Source: Atractiella rhizophila
Lineage: Eukaryota
Reading direction: 5' to 3'
Assembly: GCA_021432655.1 (NCBI GenBank)
Contig: MU271286.1
Location: forward strand, 1 to 43,773
DNA: 43,773 nt
Made by a program: the position numbers and the translations under genes. This document shows, piece by piece, positions 1 to 12,700 of the stretch. Below the pieces are notes generated by a model. It was not told where the DNA came from. It searched no databases and saw only the letters and a program-made list of their open reading frames with translations. The stretch's first letter is position 1; each line of letters begins with the position of its first letter.

Positions 1-651
1 AGGGTTACATTATCTTTGCGTTGAATGACAGATGAAAGGCTTTGGCTTTCTTGTGATGATAAGGATATGTGTTCAACTTATACTTTATTTGATCTTCCCT
101 TCCACTTCCGGAGTCTTACTGCAAGTGAAAACGAGGAATCTGTGACGTTGATCCGTTTGAGCTTGAACAGCAAGAAATAGACTTGTAAATTTCAGGTTGT
201 TGAACTTGTACTTACTGTGAGTATTGCGGCATACGGCCACGGAGTCATACGAATATGTAGCGACTTGCTACGTCTTGGTTGCAGCGACAGGTTGCTACTG
301 CTTCAAAACAGTTCAAACAACTTCTCGTGCCTTGTGAGATTTTACGCCACTTCGGAGCTGAACATGAGAGCCTTGTACAATGAAGGAGGGAGGCTGTCGT
401 CTCACCTTGTGATGTATTGATCAGGATCACTGTCGCCTGAGGAAGGCATGAAGAATTTTTGAAAACTTTGTCAGTCGGGTATACCCCTTGCTTTCAATTT
501 CGGCGCTACGATGGTACTTTCGTTTCTGTAGTTGATGTACTCATATACAGACGTTTCTATTTGCCTACCTGCTGTTACATCCCCATCCCGACTCTCATGA
601 TCTCATATTTGCCTGTAGGATTTGTCTCGATATCCAGTTGGCCACTAGAAA

Positions 652-3600
652 ATGCGTCGCCTCTTAGCCTCTACTTCCCAGCATGCCTCCTCAGCATCTC
701 CGACTCTGCACCTCTCCCGCTCTCTCAATGGTACAATCTGCTGCTCGTCCTCCGCCGCTTCCTCTTCCAACGAATACTCCTCTTCTCGCCCCACCTTCCC
801 TCGTCAAACCAACGCCACGTCTTGGGGCAATCGCGCCGAAGCTGGCGGCGGAATGAAACCCCACAGTGCTGGATGGGGAAGCTCAACTTCTTCGTCGTCA
901 TCGAGCTGGGGAGCAACTGATAAGGCCAAACCCAACGGTTGGGGTAAGGCGTCGAAACCTCAGGGAGCTGCAAACTGGGGAACGCCGGGCGAGGCCGTCC
1001 CATCCAAACCTACCTTTAGTCGACAGGACCAGTCGGCGTCGTGGGCTCGGACTCCTCGACGAGATTTGGGAAGCGACAATGTTGAGGTTAAGCCTAGATG
1101 GGGTGCATCCCAAGGAAACGGAGGTGTAGGTGGGGCGGGCCGTGGTACGTTATTTAACAGGGAAGCTGGTAATGGCCGCCACGTTCAGTCTCGTGAAGAA
1201 CACTACGCACGAAGAACCCAGAGTCCCTATCAACGCAACGACAGTGATGGGCAGTCTAGAGATCTCTCGAAACGTCCTCTGTTTTCATCTAGGAGGGATG
1301 CGGAATCTGACAGGAGAGCAATGCTGTCAAGGACGTTTGATTCGTCTTCGCAGAGCCGTAGGACGAGTCTAGCGTCATTGAGTGGCAATCGAACAGATCC
1401 CCTCCGAGATGATATTAGAAATCGCAGAAGGGATGACTCAAGGTGGTCGCAGGACCAAGTGGCTAGAAGACAGGATCGTTCGCACCCAAAACGGCAAGAG
1501 GAAGTCGCTGGTACGGCGTCTACTTCGGCGGAGGCAGCTCTTACCCCGACAGTTGAGGGATCGGATGCGGACTCTGCTATACCTTCAATCGACCTCTTAG
1601 AGGAAGAGGAAGATATGGGAGGTTTGCAGAGACGTGTGAAGGATCGAGATGGCAGAAAAGGGACAGAAAAGGAGAGGGAAGCTGGAGCGAAGAAAAAGAA
1701 GGTATATGTGTCACGGTCGCAAGAAAATCGAGCGATGAGTGAGGGCTATGGCGGACGAGAGCTCTACGACGAAGTAGACCGTAAGAGGAAGGAGAAAAAG
1801 GCGAAGAAGAAGGAGGAAAAAGTGGAGAAGAAAACGAACTACAAAACGCTTGAGATTCCCACCACCATCACCGTGGAGCGGTTTGCGAGATTGGTCAATA
1901 TGCGCTTCAAGACTCTGCTGTACAAGCTCGACAGGATGGGAATCCCGGATCTCAGAGCTGATCGAGTTCTAACGGCGGACGATTCCAGCTTGATTGCCAT
2001 GGAACTAGGATACGAGCCAGTAATCGACGAGGAAGCTTCTTTCGACATCTATCCCGATCCCCCATGCAGCGATCCTTCCGTCCTCCAGCCCCGTCCTCCT
2101 ATTGTGACAATCATGGGTCACGTAGATCACGGCAAAACATCACTCCTTGACGCGTTGAGAAATGCACGAGTGGCTAAAGGGGAGGCAGGAGGGATAACCC
2201 AACATATCGGAGCTTTCTCTGTCTCGCTCTCAGCCATTCGACATAATTCGGCATTGAGAGCTAAAGAGTTGGATCCATCGATAGAAGTGCCTCCCATCGA
2301 TGCAACCGCGGGAGAGACCTATGACAAGATCACTTTTCTGGATACTCCCGGACATGAAGCTTTCTCGTCAATGCGTGCACGCGGTGCTACCGTGACAGAT
2401 GTTGTCGTCCTCGTTGTGGCCGCTGATGATGGAGTGATGCCACAAACTGAGGAAGTTATTGGACTGCTAAAGAAGGAAAGACAGGGAGAAGGATTGGGAG
2501 TTGTTGTAGCCATCACGAAGGTCGATAAAGCCGAGTCGATGGTTGAAGACGTCAAAAATCAAATCATGGGGGAGGGATTGAAGTTGGAGGAGTTTGGAGG
2601 CGACATTCCCTGCGTCGAAGTATCTGCAGTCACTGGCCAGGGTCTCAAGGAACTGGTGGAGACCATCGCGACAATTGCTGAGCTCAAGGAGGTAAAGGCG
2701 GAAAGAGATGGAGTGAGATGCCAAGGTTGGGTGCTGGAAGCGAAGAAGGATCCCAAACGAGGGTATGTCAATGACGTGTTTATGTGAAAGAATTATCTGA
2801 CATACTTACTCTAGGGTGATCGCGACAATACTCAACACCCGTGGGACTCTTAAGTTTGCTAACCACCTAATTGCTGGAAGCACGTACGGAAGGGTTCGAG
2901 AAATGACCCTCAGTACAGGACGGAAGGTCACGTCTCTGCTCCCTGGCGAAGCCGCAGAGATCACTGGATGGAAAGATCTCCCAGCTGCGGGTGACGAAGT
3001 GATCGAACACCAAGACTTGTCTGCGATCCACAAGGCACTGAAGAATCGCGAGCGACGAGCGGAAAGAGCTCAGGCTCTCAAAGACCTGGAAGTCATTGAG
3101 GAGAAGCGGAAGCAAGAGAGCCGGAAGCAAGAAGTGGTTGAGGATTTGAAACGGGAGTGGTGGAAAGCTGAGAATCAGAAGGAGGCGAAGAGAAGGATGG
3201 AAGAAATGAACAAAGAGGAAGAAGAAGAACGAGCGAAGACGAAGGAACTTGTGCTTGTTATCAAGGGAGACTTTATGGGCAGCGTCGAAGCTGTTCAAGG
3301 AGCTTTGGAGAATATTGGCAACGATCAAGCCAGGGTCAAGATCATTGAAGCTGCTGCTGGTAATGTAACCGAGAGCGATTTTGCGCTTGCCCATACCGCT
3401 GGTGGTCAGTCTTCTTTCTTGTACGAGACCACTTTAAAACTAACAATGTCTCATAGGAATGATTGTCGGCTTTAACGTTTCCGTCCCGAAGGCAGTTGTT
3501 GACCTGAATAATGCGGCGGCTCGTCCAGTGATGATCCATACTGATACTGTCATCTACCGACTCATCGACATTGTTCGTCAAGGCGTTTTAGACCTCCTCC

Positions 3601-3977
3601 CCGATACTTTCGGGACCAAGATTGTGTCTGAAGCAGAAATCCTGCAAATCTTCAAGTTTAACACGAAGAAGAAAATTTACGTGAACGTTGCGGGATGTCG
3701 CGTTATCAACGGCACTTTCTACAAGGAAAAGTCGGTGAGGATCGTGCGTGGCTCTGAGACAATATGGGAAGGTCAGAATTTGCGCCCATCTTTGCATTAC
3801 GAACGACTGACTGATTGTTTTGCAGGAAACCTGGAGAGCATGAAGTTCATTAAGAAGGAAGTGGAGGAGGCGAAAAAGAACACAGAGTGCGGTGTCATCT
3901 TCGATGGTTTTGAAGACTTCCGCGTCGGAGACAAAATTCTCGGTATCGAGAAATACGCCCTTCCCAAAACGCTTTAA
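652..3977 (+). CDS. IFM1: Mitochondrial translation initiation factor IF-2 (4 exons)
   Basis: GTPase motifs [26 protein letters not shown] and TKVD, plus IF2 C-terminal motifs (IVGFNV, VAGCRV, ECGVIF). N-terminus is Arg/Ser-rich like a presequence. Introns 2763-2814, 3405-3456 and 3772-3825 (GT..AG) join ORFs 652, 2816 and 3459 in frame. Confidence 0.95.
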
Positions 3978-4188
3978 GCGTGACATACAGGGACAAAATA
4001 TAGATACTCATATCCATTTCATTCACCCCTCATTCTACATACACCTAATTTAAAAGTTAATAGGCACCTAAGTAATGATGAGACTGGCTTAACTAGCTAC
4101 AAACAATGATTCACATAGGATGCTAGAGGGACGACACTAAAGCAAGGCATTACAAAATGAATGTAGGCCAGGAAAAGTTCTTTATAAT

Positions 4189-6484
4189 TCAGCAATAAAG
4201 ATCAGAATCATGTCGGCCAAAGTTGGGATCCAACTCCGTTCTCCTCTCATATCCCCTCTCGTATCCTCTGCGCATGACACCATGATAATAAGTTGAAGTG
4301 TCTCTCTCCCTCGCAATCCCACCAACGCCCGCAAAGTTCAGGTAACCTTCGTGATTGACAGCGCCAGCCTTGAGTGCAGGTCCCCAGGTCGCGCGACAAC
4401 TAGGACAGGTGGGCTTTCCTCCGCAGGTCTTTGCCCTATCACAATCGGCAACAAGTCAACAAACAAGCATCTCAGAGGAGCACAACAGACCATTGTCCGA
4501 AGCATTCCTTATGAAGGGGTTTTCCACAGCCTGTCTCGCAGAAAACAAGGCTTGAGTCATTCGACTTCATTTCTTCATAACAGATAGGACAATCCTCTTC
4601 CCCCTCCCCTGCTCCAGGAAGGCGTTTCTGAACCCCAGTCGAAGTCGAAGCCCCTGCCTTAGCGGCAGTGTAGGCATCCATAATTGTGCTGTTTGCTAAG
4701 GCTGTCGGATTTGGTTTTGCATTCGCGAAAATATCCACCAATTCGCTTGTTAGAAGTGCTCTAACAATTTCTCAAGTCACTCGAGGCTGTTGAAAGATGG
4801 AAGAAAAATGACAAACTTTTGATAATATAAACTCGAGGACGCTTTCACGCCTAGGACTTTGAGGAAAACGAAGAGTATGTGCTTGCAATGATTACCCTTT
4901 TGGGCGTCAGGGCAGGTGCAAGTCGGAACCTGAGCTATCGTCACGGTGTAGACGTTGCCAGTCGATCCCAACACTTTGAACTGTCCTCCCATTTCTATCA
5001 CCATCTGCACAGACGATATTGCGGAGGAAGGCGACTGACTTCCTCTTTCAAGTCATCTCCATTTCGATGTCTATCGACCATGAAGAATCGTTGGCTGTAA
5101 ACGCGCTCCTAGGAAAGCGTCAGCGGTGATCAGAGCATGTGGCTTGGTCTCTAGAAAGAAGTATTCAAACGGGAAGGTTGAGGGACGAGACGCTATGGTT
5201 GTCGAGTGTTAAGAAGGGCAAATGAAAGTTGACTCAGAAACACGTCCAGCTTGTCTTCCAACTGAGACAAACTAGATAGCGTGAACAACGCGACGGGAAA
5301 CCACGGAGGACATTATTTTGTGCTAGACGTGGGTGAGCTGAAGAGGTAGCAGGTTCTGCGTGTCTTTCAAAGTCATTGCCCTTGCCTTGGCGTTAAATGA
5401 AACAAAATTCTTTCGGATCTCGCGCTTGATTTGTTGCAAGTGTTAGGTACTGTAGTTACTGATAAGTTTACCGTCACGCTACGCCAAAACCCCATTATTC
5501 CTGCTAACGAGAATTGAGGAAATCGGATAGATTATTGACAACATCACGTCACACCGAAAAGTTAATGTCTGAGATCGGTTGGATTCGATATCATATATTG
5601 TAGCTCTAGATTTGTCATGTGTCTAAAAGGGAGAAGCAATGGATGCTCTGCTCTACGTTCTCCGGTAGTCACATCACTCTCAGATGTAGCTAGCTAGTCT
5701 AATCAGTGAGACTATGTAAGGAATCAACACTGAAGTGGAAGCTAATAAAATGTCCACACAGGTGGTAGATTGCTCAAGTAACTCAACAACGTCTCTCAGT
5801 AAAGATTCGATTATTATATTCTAGGAACGACCTGGTAACGATTGACGTGCTAGAGTATTAGCTACTGTCAAGTTTCTTAGACGCGATTTACTAACGTAAA
5901 CTCCAGCTGAAACCTGAGTGAGAGAGAAGAAGGAAAGTGACTCTCATATGAGAGAACACATAACAAAAGCACATCTGTGCCTTCTCAGCTAGCGAAGAAA
6001 CGAACCATCTCCGTGAACACATATCAAGCAAACTGAATGAAATAATAATATATCTCTCCATCCCGAAGACAACCAACTCTCTCCTTGAAATGGACCAAGA
6101 GGAAGCGCGCACCACCCGATCCAGTATAACCTTTGGACAAGCTTTCTTAATCCTCGCCAACCTCTTCTCCGTTCCTTCTTTTCCTGCTGGAGCAGAGCTC
6201 GTGGCGCCTACGCTCTTTCTCCCTCTCTTAGGAGCTGGTTTCTCCACACCACTCCCGAAGCCTCCAAAGCCACCGAGTGAGCTCAAATCAGGTGCAGAAG
6301 CCGAATAATGGATGGTGGGTAGATCGCAGAGGGCTATAGGTTGTTTTGAGCTGCTCCCCAGGCGGGAGTGCAGCTGGCGTTGCGAAGTGTTGGTGGGAGT
6401 TGGTGTATAAGCGTCGCCGTGGGAGGGAAGAGTGTAAGGAGCTGTGCGGACGCGTGGAGTGGTGTTGTGCGCCAGTTGGGGCAT
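4189..6484 (-). CDS. SWIM zinc finger + RING finger protein (putative E3 ligase), 5 exons
   Basis: Spliced product reads ...KVILDRV|ERVYSQRFFMVDR...|FKVLGSTGNVYTVTI...CTCPD...CKHILF (SWIM)...CPICYE...C..GCGKPLHKECFGQW|AKTC...CPSCRATW (RING). Introns are 6112-5109, 5039-4981, 4816-4761 and 4490-4436; stop TGA is at 4191-4189. Confidence 0.85.
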
Positions 6485-6590
6485 GTTTTCTGCTGCTGCT
6501 TGAGTAGAATAGACGACTCGTCTCTGGTTTCGTGGGTTGGTCGTTCACATTCGATCTCTCAGCAAGAAGGTTCTCGGCTCCACTATCATG

Positions 6591-7611
6591 TTATTGTCAC
6601 GACTATAACGCGTCAAGTTAACATTCCTTCAAGGATAATTCAACTTTGATTGTGCATACAGCTTCGCCATGGACATGAACTCGGCATATGTTAATCTATC
6701 ACAATATAACGAGAGTTTCAGGCCACAACAAAGGCGGGAACTTTCGAAAGCGTTTGTAATCGAGTTTTGGAGGGCATCCTGATGCCAAAGTGGCAGAATC
6801 CTCCATATTGGAAGCCTTAAGCCGTCTGATCCTCCCACCATCCTCCGCCACCACTTTCTCGAACCATTTGCTCCAAAGACCACGTTAACCATCTTCCTTC
6901 AGCCTTAGATTTCAGTCAACACAATGTTCGTACCCTCTTCGTTCCAAGATGCATCCAGCCACACTTCAGTGACATTCAAGCGAGCCCGCAATAATCTCTT
7001 TCATCATCTCAACAAAGATATTTTCTCCAAGCCACAGTCCGCTCCAGAGCCGTCCAGCGCCAAGATTGAATTTCAAGGAGGCATCCACTCCAGTCAGCAA
7101 ATCGTTGCATCCCGATTCCAGTAAGAAACTGAAACAAACCTCCAGACCTGGTAGACATCAGAGAAGTCGAAAACAGACAGAATGTTGGAAGTGGTCGTAA
7201 TTGGTAAGAAATACATATGAGAGAGAGGAGTTCGACAGGCAAGCGTGAGATTGAGCATGGATCGATGCTGGACAATGATCGACTCGTCGGCATAGAAGGA
7301 TGGGAGGGGTGACAATTCGTCGTCGGGATTAGGACAAAGCCCTCTTGGTATTCAGGACGGGTTTCTCTGAGCGGAGTGCAAACAGCGTGTATTCATCCCA
7401 ATGTAAATCTAATAAATCGACATCTGAGTCGACTTCTGATTTGACCCCTCTTTTGACAGTCGGCACATAGCCTGCGTCCTCCATAAGGCTACCGTGACAC
7501 CGTGGTAATCGAAAGCGACGCAGTTGGTACTGTTTTGCCTCATATACCATTCAGATTGGTTGTAAAAACTCGTCCATTGTTTGGACGTTTGAAGTTGAAG
7601 AACGAAAGCTA
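6591..7611. repeat. Direct repeat copy A (~1.0 kb) of a local duplication
   Basis: Aligns by eye with 8378-9225, from ttattgNcacgac..aacgcgtcaagttaacattccttcaaggat to gaagaacgaaagcta. The ORF track shows shared peptides (MVYEAKQYQLRRF, FVLQLQTSKQWTSFYNQSEW). Confidence 0.95.
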
Positions 7612-7859
7612 TCGTTGCCACTGCACAATCTCGATCAAAAGCTCCGACGAAGCCGATTGGCGTCATAACTGTTTGACAACTCGAACAAAAAGGCTGGACA
7701 TATCTCGAGGAAGTCGCACTGACTTACATAGATTGAGGGCAGGACTTGAAGTGGTTTTGGGAGTAATTTAGGAAGTGCAAACGTTATTTTCGCTAGCGTG
7801 AGGTGGAACAACGAAGTGAGTATTTCCGGTGTGCTCTTGATAGAAGGGACATGTGTCAA
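6591..7859 (-). pseudogene. Decayed gene of unknown family, possibly F-box-like
   Basis: Chain of short minus-strand ORFs in shifting frames with stops. Segments IKSTPEILTSLFHL and ISRLPVELLSLI resemble the F-box LPxE(I/L)L motif; the family call is inference. Confidence 0.45.
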
Positions 7860-8059
7860 GCAGAAGCGCTTGTTTACAACAAGCTGTACACATTTCTGAG
7901 CGGTTACCAGGAGAGTTGCTCCGTGAAATACCGCGAACTAGTCTTTCAGTTCATTTGTTTCGTTTAGTGACTGCTACTTGTGTGTTTTCTTAGGAATGGA
8001 TTTTGTTGAAAGGTTCACTCTGCGGTCTCTAAACCAAATTAAACAGGATCCATCTCAGG

Positions 8060-8377
8060 ATGATACTACCCGTTTCTTCGAAGGCGCCATCTCGCATTCC
8101 CCGTTTCTGTCGACCACCACGACAACCTTCCTTTCTTCCAATCCGCCTCCCTCCTCCGCCACCATACTCCGCCACTCCTTTCCCTCCCACTCTCTCTCGC
8201 GCATTTTCCTCCGCGACCCCTTTCCGGCAGCAGCAACGCGGACCCCAGAATCTGGGAAACATTTTTGGCCAGCCAGCTCCTGCGAAGGGGGAGACCTTGA
8301 AAGCGCATTCGGTGGACGTTTCAGCTCTCGCTAGAGAAGGAGTACTCGACCCTGTCATTGGGAGAGACGAAGAAATA
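8060..8377 (+). pseudogene. HSP78: 5' fragment of mitochondrial Hsp78 (ClpB/Hsp104 family)
   Basis: A presequence-like N-terminus is followed by GETLKAHSVDVSALAREGVLDPVIGRDEEI, the ClpB/Hsp78 NBD1 entry motif. Similarity stops at 8377, where repeat B starts, and no Walker A follows. Confidence 0.85.
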
Positions 8378-9225
8378 TTATTGACACGACCAACGCGTCA
8401 AGTTAACATTCCTTCAAGGATGATTCGACCTTGGTTATGCTTAGAGCTTCGCCATGGACATAAATCGGCATGTGTTAATTTATGCATATTATAAGGAGAA
8501 TTCCAAAGGCGAGAACTTTCAAAAGCATAGGTATTCGAGGTTTGGAGGACCTCCTAATGCCAAAGTGGCAGAGTCCTCCACATTGGAAGCCTAGGGCCGT
8601 CTGATCCTCCCACCATCCTCCGTCACTACTTTCTCCAACCATTTGCTCCAAAGACCACGCTAGCCATCTTAGCCTTCGATTTCAGTCAACACAATGTTCC
8701 GGTCAGGAAATCGTTGCATCCCGTTTCCAGTAAGAAACTGAAACAAACCTCCAGAGCTGGTAGACATCAGACAAGTCGGAAGCAGACAGAATGTTGGAAG
8801 TAGTGGTAATTGGTAAGAAATAAATATGAGAGAGGAGCTCGACAGGCAGGCGTGAGATTGAGCATGGATCAATCCTGGAGGTGAGGAGAGTTGGGTAATA
8901 TGGAAGGATGGGAGGGGTGACAATTCGTCGTCGCGGATTGGGACAAAGCCCTCTTGGTATTCAGGACGGGTTTCTCTGAGCGGAGTGCAAACGTGCCCGT
9001 GTATTCATCGCAATGTAAAATCTAGTAAATCGACATCTGAGTCGACTTCTGATTTGACCCCTCTTTTGACAGTCGGCACAAAGCCTGCGTCCTCCATAAA
9101 GGCTACCGTGACACCGTCGTAATCGAAAGCGACGCAGTTGGTACTGTTTTGCCTCATATACCATTCAGATTGGTTGTAAAAACTCGTCCATTGTTTGGAC
9201 GTTTGAAGTTGAAGAACGAAAGCTA
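8378..9225. repeat. Direct repeat copy B (~0.85 kb); truncated copy of the decayed gene
   Basis: Matches 6591-7611 with substitutions and small indels. It lacks ~160 nt corresponding to about 6930-7090 of copy A. Confidence 0.95.
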
Positions 9226-9789
9226 ACCACAATGGGGTCGAAAGTCAGCAGATTAGCATAGACCAGCGCCACACGATTTTATGCCTGAGATTGAGGCCAT
9301 CATAGATGTCTCCTACAAGCGAAAGTAGTAGGACAGGTTGAAGAGAACTTTGCATGAAGCAGAGAAGTGTGAGACCTTCATCATCCCCTTCGTCAACCAC
9401 TTCCTCAAACAGTCGGAGGCACAGACGGTGTAAACTTTCACAAGCTCAATGTGCGTTATTATTCTTCCCTCCACTGTTGCAACGATTTGTTAACGATCGT
9501 TTGTGCCATCTGAGGCTGCTCGGCGCACCAACACATTCTGGGAAAAGCCAGACTCGACCCCGTAATCTAGTTAGATGCGTGATGCATGGAGAAAGCCGAA
9601 GAGAGAGATCAAATCACGTCTTGGACCGCCATCCTCATCCCACCATGGCCTTACTGTCTCGTATCTCGTCATGAACATGAACATTATTACTGATTTGAAA
9701 TCAAGGTTGTGACTCTTCCTCCCTTGAACATTTCGCCGCTTCATGCAAATTTAAGGAAGACAGCGACCTTCTCTTCCTCCTTAGTAGCT

Positions 9790-12700
9790 ATGGAAGGTCT
9801 GAAAGAGTTTCACACTTTGGGGCCACGCCAAACTCGCAAACCTCATCCGCTCCGTGCCATATGGACCATCGTCGTTTCCTCCCTCCTCGCTTATCTAGTA
9901 GTCAGCAACCTCTCCTTCACCATCCCCAGAAGCCCAGCCCGTGTCCATCAGCATGATTTGAACTTGAAGGAAGCTGTCGCAAAGTGCTCAGCCCTTAAAC
10001 TCACGGCCGGTGCGCCAGAAGACTTTGCGGAGGGTAGAGAGAGGAACGAACGCTTTGTGGAGGGGACGAAGGATGTCTTCATCTACAATGCAACAATATG
10101 GACGGGTACCGGATCTACTGTAAGCTTGTATCCTATGCATAACAAGATAGGATAGTCTCTAACGGAGCGGTACTGCAGCTCAAAAATGCCTCCATTCACC
10201 TCTCTCAGGGCGTAATAAAGGCAGTCAACCCCTCCACCGCACCATCAGTTCCCTCCATCGATGCCAAAGGCGCCTTCCTCACCCCCACTCTCTTCGACCT
10301 GCACTCCCACTTCGGAGTGTACAGCGAACCTGGTCTGGAGGAGCGGCTGACGGAAACAGCATGGTGTCGCCCATCCGCCCATTCGTTCGTTCCCTCGACG
10401 GATTCAACACGCACGACATGGCACGTCGCCGCATCGTCTCTGGTGGAATTGGAACATCGCTCGTACTTCCCGGGTCTGCAGATAGCATGGGAGGACAGGC
10501 GTTTGTTTTCAAGATGAGGAAGACGTCGGAGAACACTCCCACTAGCATGTTGCTGGAGCCTCCGTGGTCCTTGCCAAATATTACGAGGCATGAAACGTAT
10601 GTGAAGAATGGAAGAGTCCCTTGGAGACATATGAAGATGGCTCAGGGAGAGAATCCAAGTAGGATATATGGCTTGACGAGGATGGATAATAGCTGGAATA
10701 TGAGGCGAGTCAACTTTAGTTCTCTCTCAGCAAAGAGCTGTATGTGATTGAGTCGAGAGGATAGGTCAACTTTTCAAAAAGCGAAAGAACTTAAAGACAA
10801 ACAAGACGAATTTTGTTCACGTCTGGAGAAGGGCTCTACGGAAGAGGGAGAGACGTTCCCTGACAATTTAGAGTATGAAGCTCTCGTAGATCTACTCCGG
10901 TAATTCCCTCTTTAACTCGTTCCTCGACTTGCTCACCTTGGAGCAGCGGACGAGTGAAATTAAACACCCATTGGTTCGTCAACCACACTGAATGCAAACC
11001 TAAGAACCCCCATAACAGAGCGGACCAGCTACGAGGCGACGGACTTTGATACCATGATCCGCCATTCGAATGAATTCAAATTTCATGTTGCAGGTGCGTC
11101 CTCTATTTCGCAACCATACTCACAGGCGACCTAATGGATATCTTGAAGCATTTCACCATGCTCACGAGGTTCGTACAATCCTACCACTAGGCTAACCTCG
11201 CTCAACTGCGGCTACAAGGCGTGGCTCATCCCCGATCGCCTGAAGGAGACTTACGGCGGCACGCCAGGTTAGCTACCCGTCGCTCGTAAGGCTGAACTGA
11301 ATTGTGAACTGTGCACATCTAGCAATCGCTATCTTCTTCGCCTTCTACCGCTATAAACGTGAAGCGTATAGAGGAACGGAGTATGCCTCCATCATACTCA
11401 ACGACAACGACATCCCTGTATGCATTCGATTCATCTTTGTTTGTGTCCCAGCTTCGTTAACCGAATTGAATGAGCAGGTCATATTCAAGAGCGACCATAC
11501 TGGAATGCTCGATGCGCGCTACCTTCTTTTTGATGCTGCCATGGTGTGATTTCTTTGCATTCTCCACTTAGTGCCGTCACTGAGAGTTGTATAGGCGCAT
11601 CGGATTGGATTGGACGCTGAAGTCGCTCTCAGAAGCGTGATCACCACACCAGCTGAGGTGGCCGGGATGGGACACCGACTTGGAAAGATCAAGCCAGGGT
11701 ACGATGGTGGTATGTCTCACGCCGCAACAGCTGTAGTAAACTAAGGAATTACAGACATTGTGCTTTGGGACAGTCATCCTCTTAGGTTCGGGACCTCCCA
11801 TCTCTTACAGGAGATGAGCTAAATGGCAGTTTGCAGCCTCGGAGCTACGCCAAAGCAAGTTTGGATCGATGGTATCGCGCAGATCGATCCATCTTATCCC
11901 ACGAGGGCAGAGAGCGAAGTATCCCCTTCACCGACGCCTGAATCAGCCTCTTTTGTCATGCCGAAGAACCCACTCGAAGAACCTACGCTACCAGCGACAA
12001 ACCAGGACTTGCTCCTCTTCAACATCTCTTCCCTCTTTCGCAAAAGATCGGACGGAACCATCGAAGAGCAAGTGTATGCCAATCCCACGAACCCCGACCA
12101 TCATCTCGGTATCATCATTCGAAATGGACGTGTCTCCTTTGCTGGAGGTGTTGCCCTCTCGCAGGCCGATGATTCCCTCCGAAAGATAGATCTGAAAGGA
12201 GGATCTATCCTCCCCCCTGCCACCGCCTTTGGAACCTACCTTGGGCTGTCCGAAATTGAGAACGAGTCGTCCACGATTGACGGGGTTGTTTATGATCCGC
12301 TCTTTTCGAATACGAAAGCGAGTTCTTTGAAGGAAAAGCTGACGTTTGAAACGCCGGTGAAGGCAAAAGATGGCATCAGCTTCGGCGGAAAGGATATGCT
12401 GACAGCTGTCTCTGAGGGAGTCGCGAAGTCTGTGACCGCTCCAATGGCGGTGGGCTTTACAGAGGGCATTAGCACGTATATTAGATTGGGAGCGAAACAC
12501 GGTGAGGATTCCGCAGACGAAGACGACATTTTCTCATTCGAGGGCCAGGTTTGGAAGAGGGAGCTTTCATACAAGATGAAGTTGCCTTGCACGTCCATAT
12601 TGGCCATGGATATGGATCTGGTTCGTCCTTGCTCGCCACATATATGCTTTCTCACACGTAAGGTCATCCCAGCTCCAAGCATTTCCACTCAAGTTGGAGC

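Noticed and set aside
63..80. 17/18-nt match to 20728-20745 (both read KLNTYP on the minus strand)
   Set aside because: About one such match is expected by chance in 44 kb, and the flanks do not align.
85..600. Possible small spliced minus-strand gene upstream of IF2 (~60-codon open stretch at 85-267)
   Set aside because: I could not build a consistent exon chain or recognise a motif.
6591..9225. LTR retrotransposon interpretation of the direct repeats
   Set aside because: There are no TG..CA ends, PBS/PPT or gag/pol remnants, and the repeats look like decayed coding sequence of unequal length.
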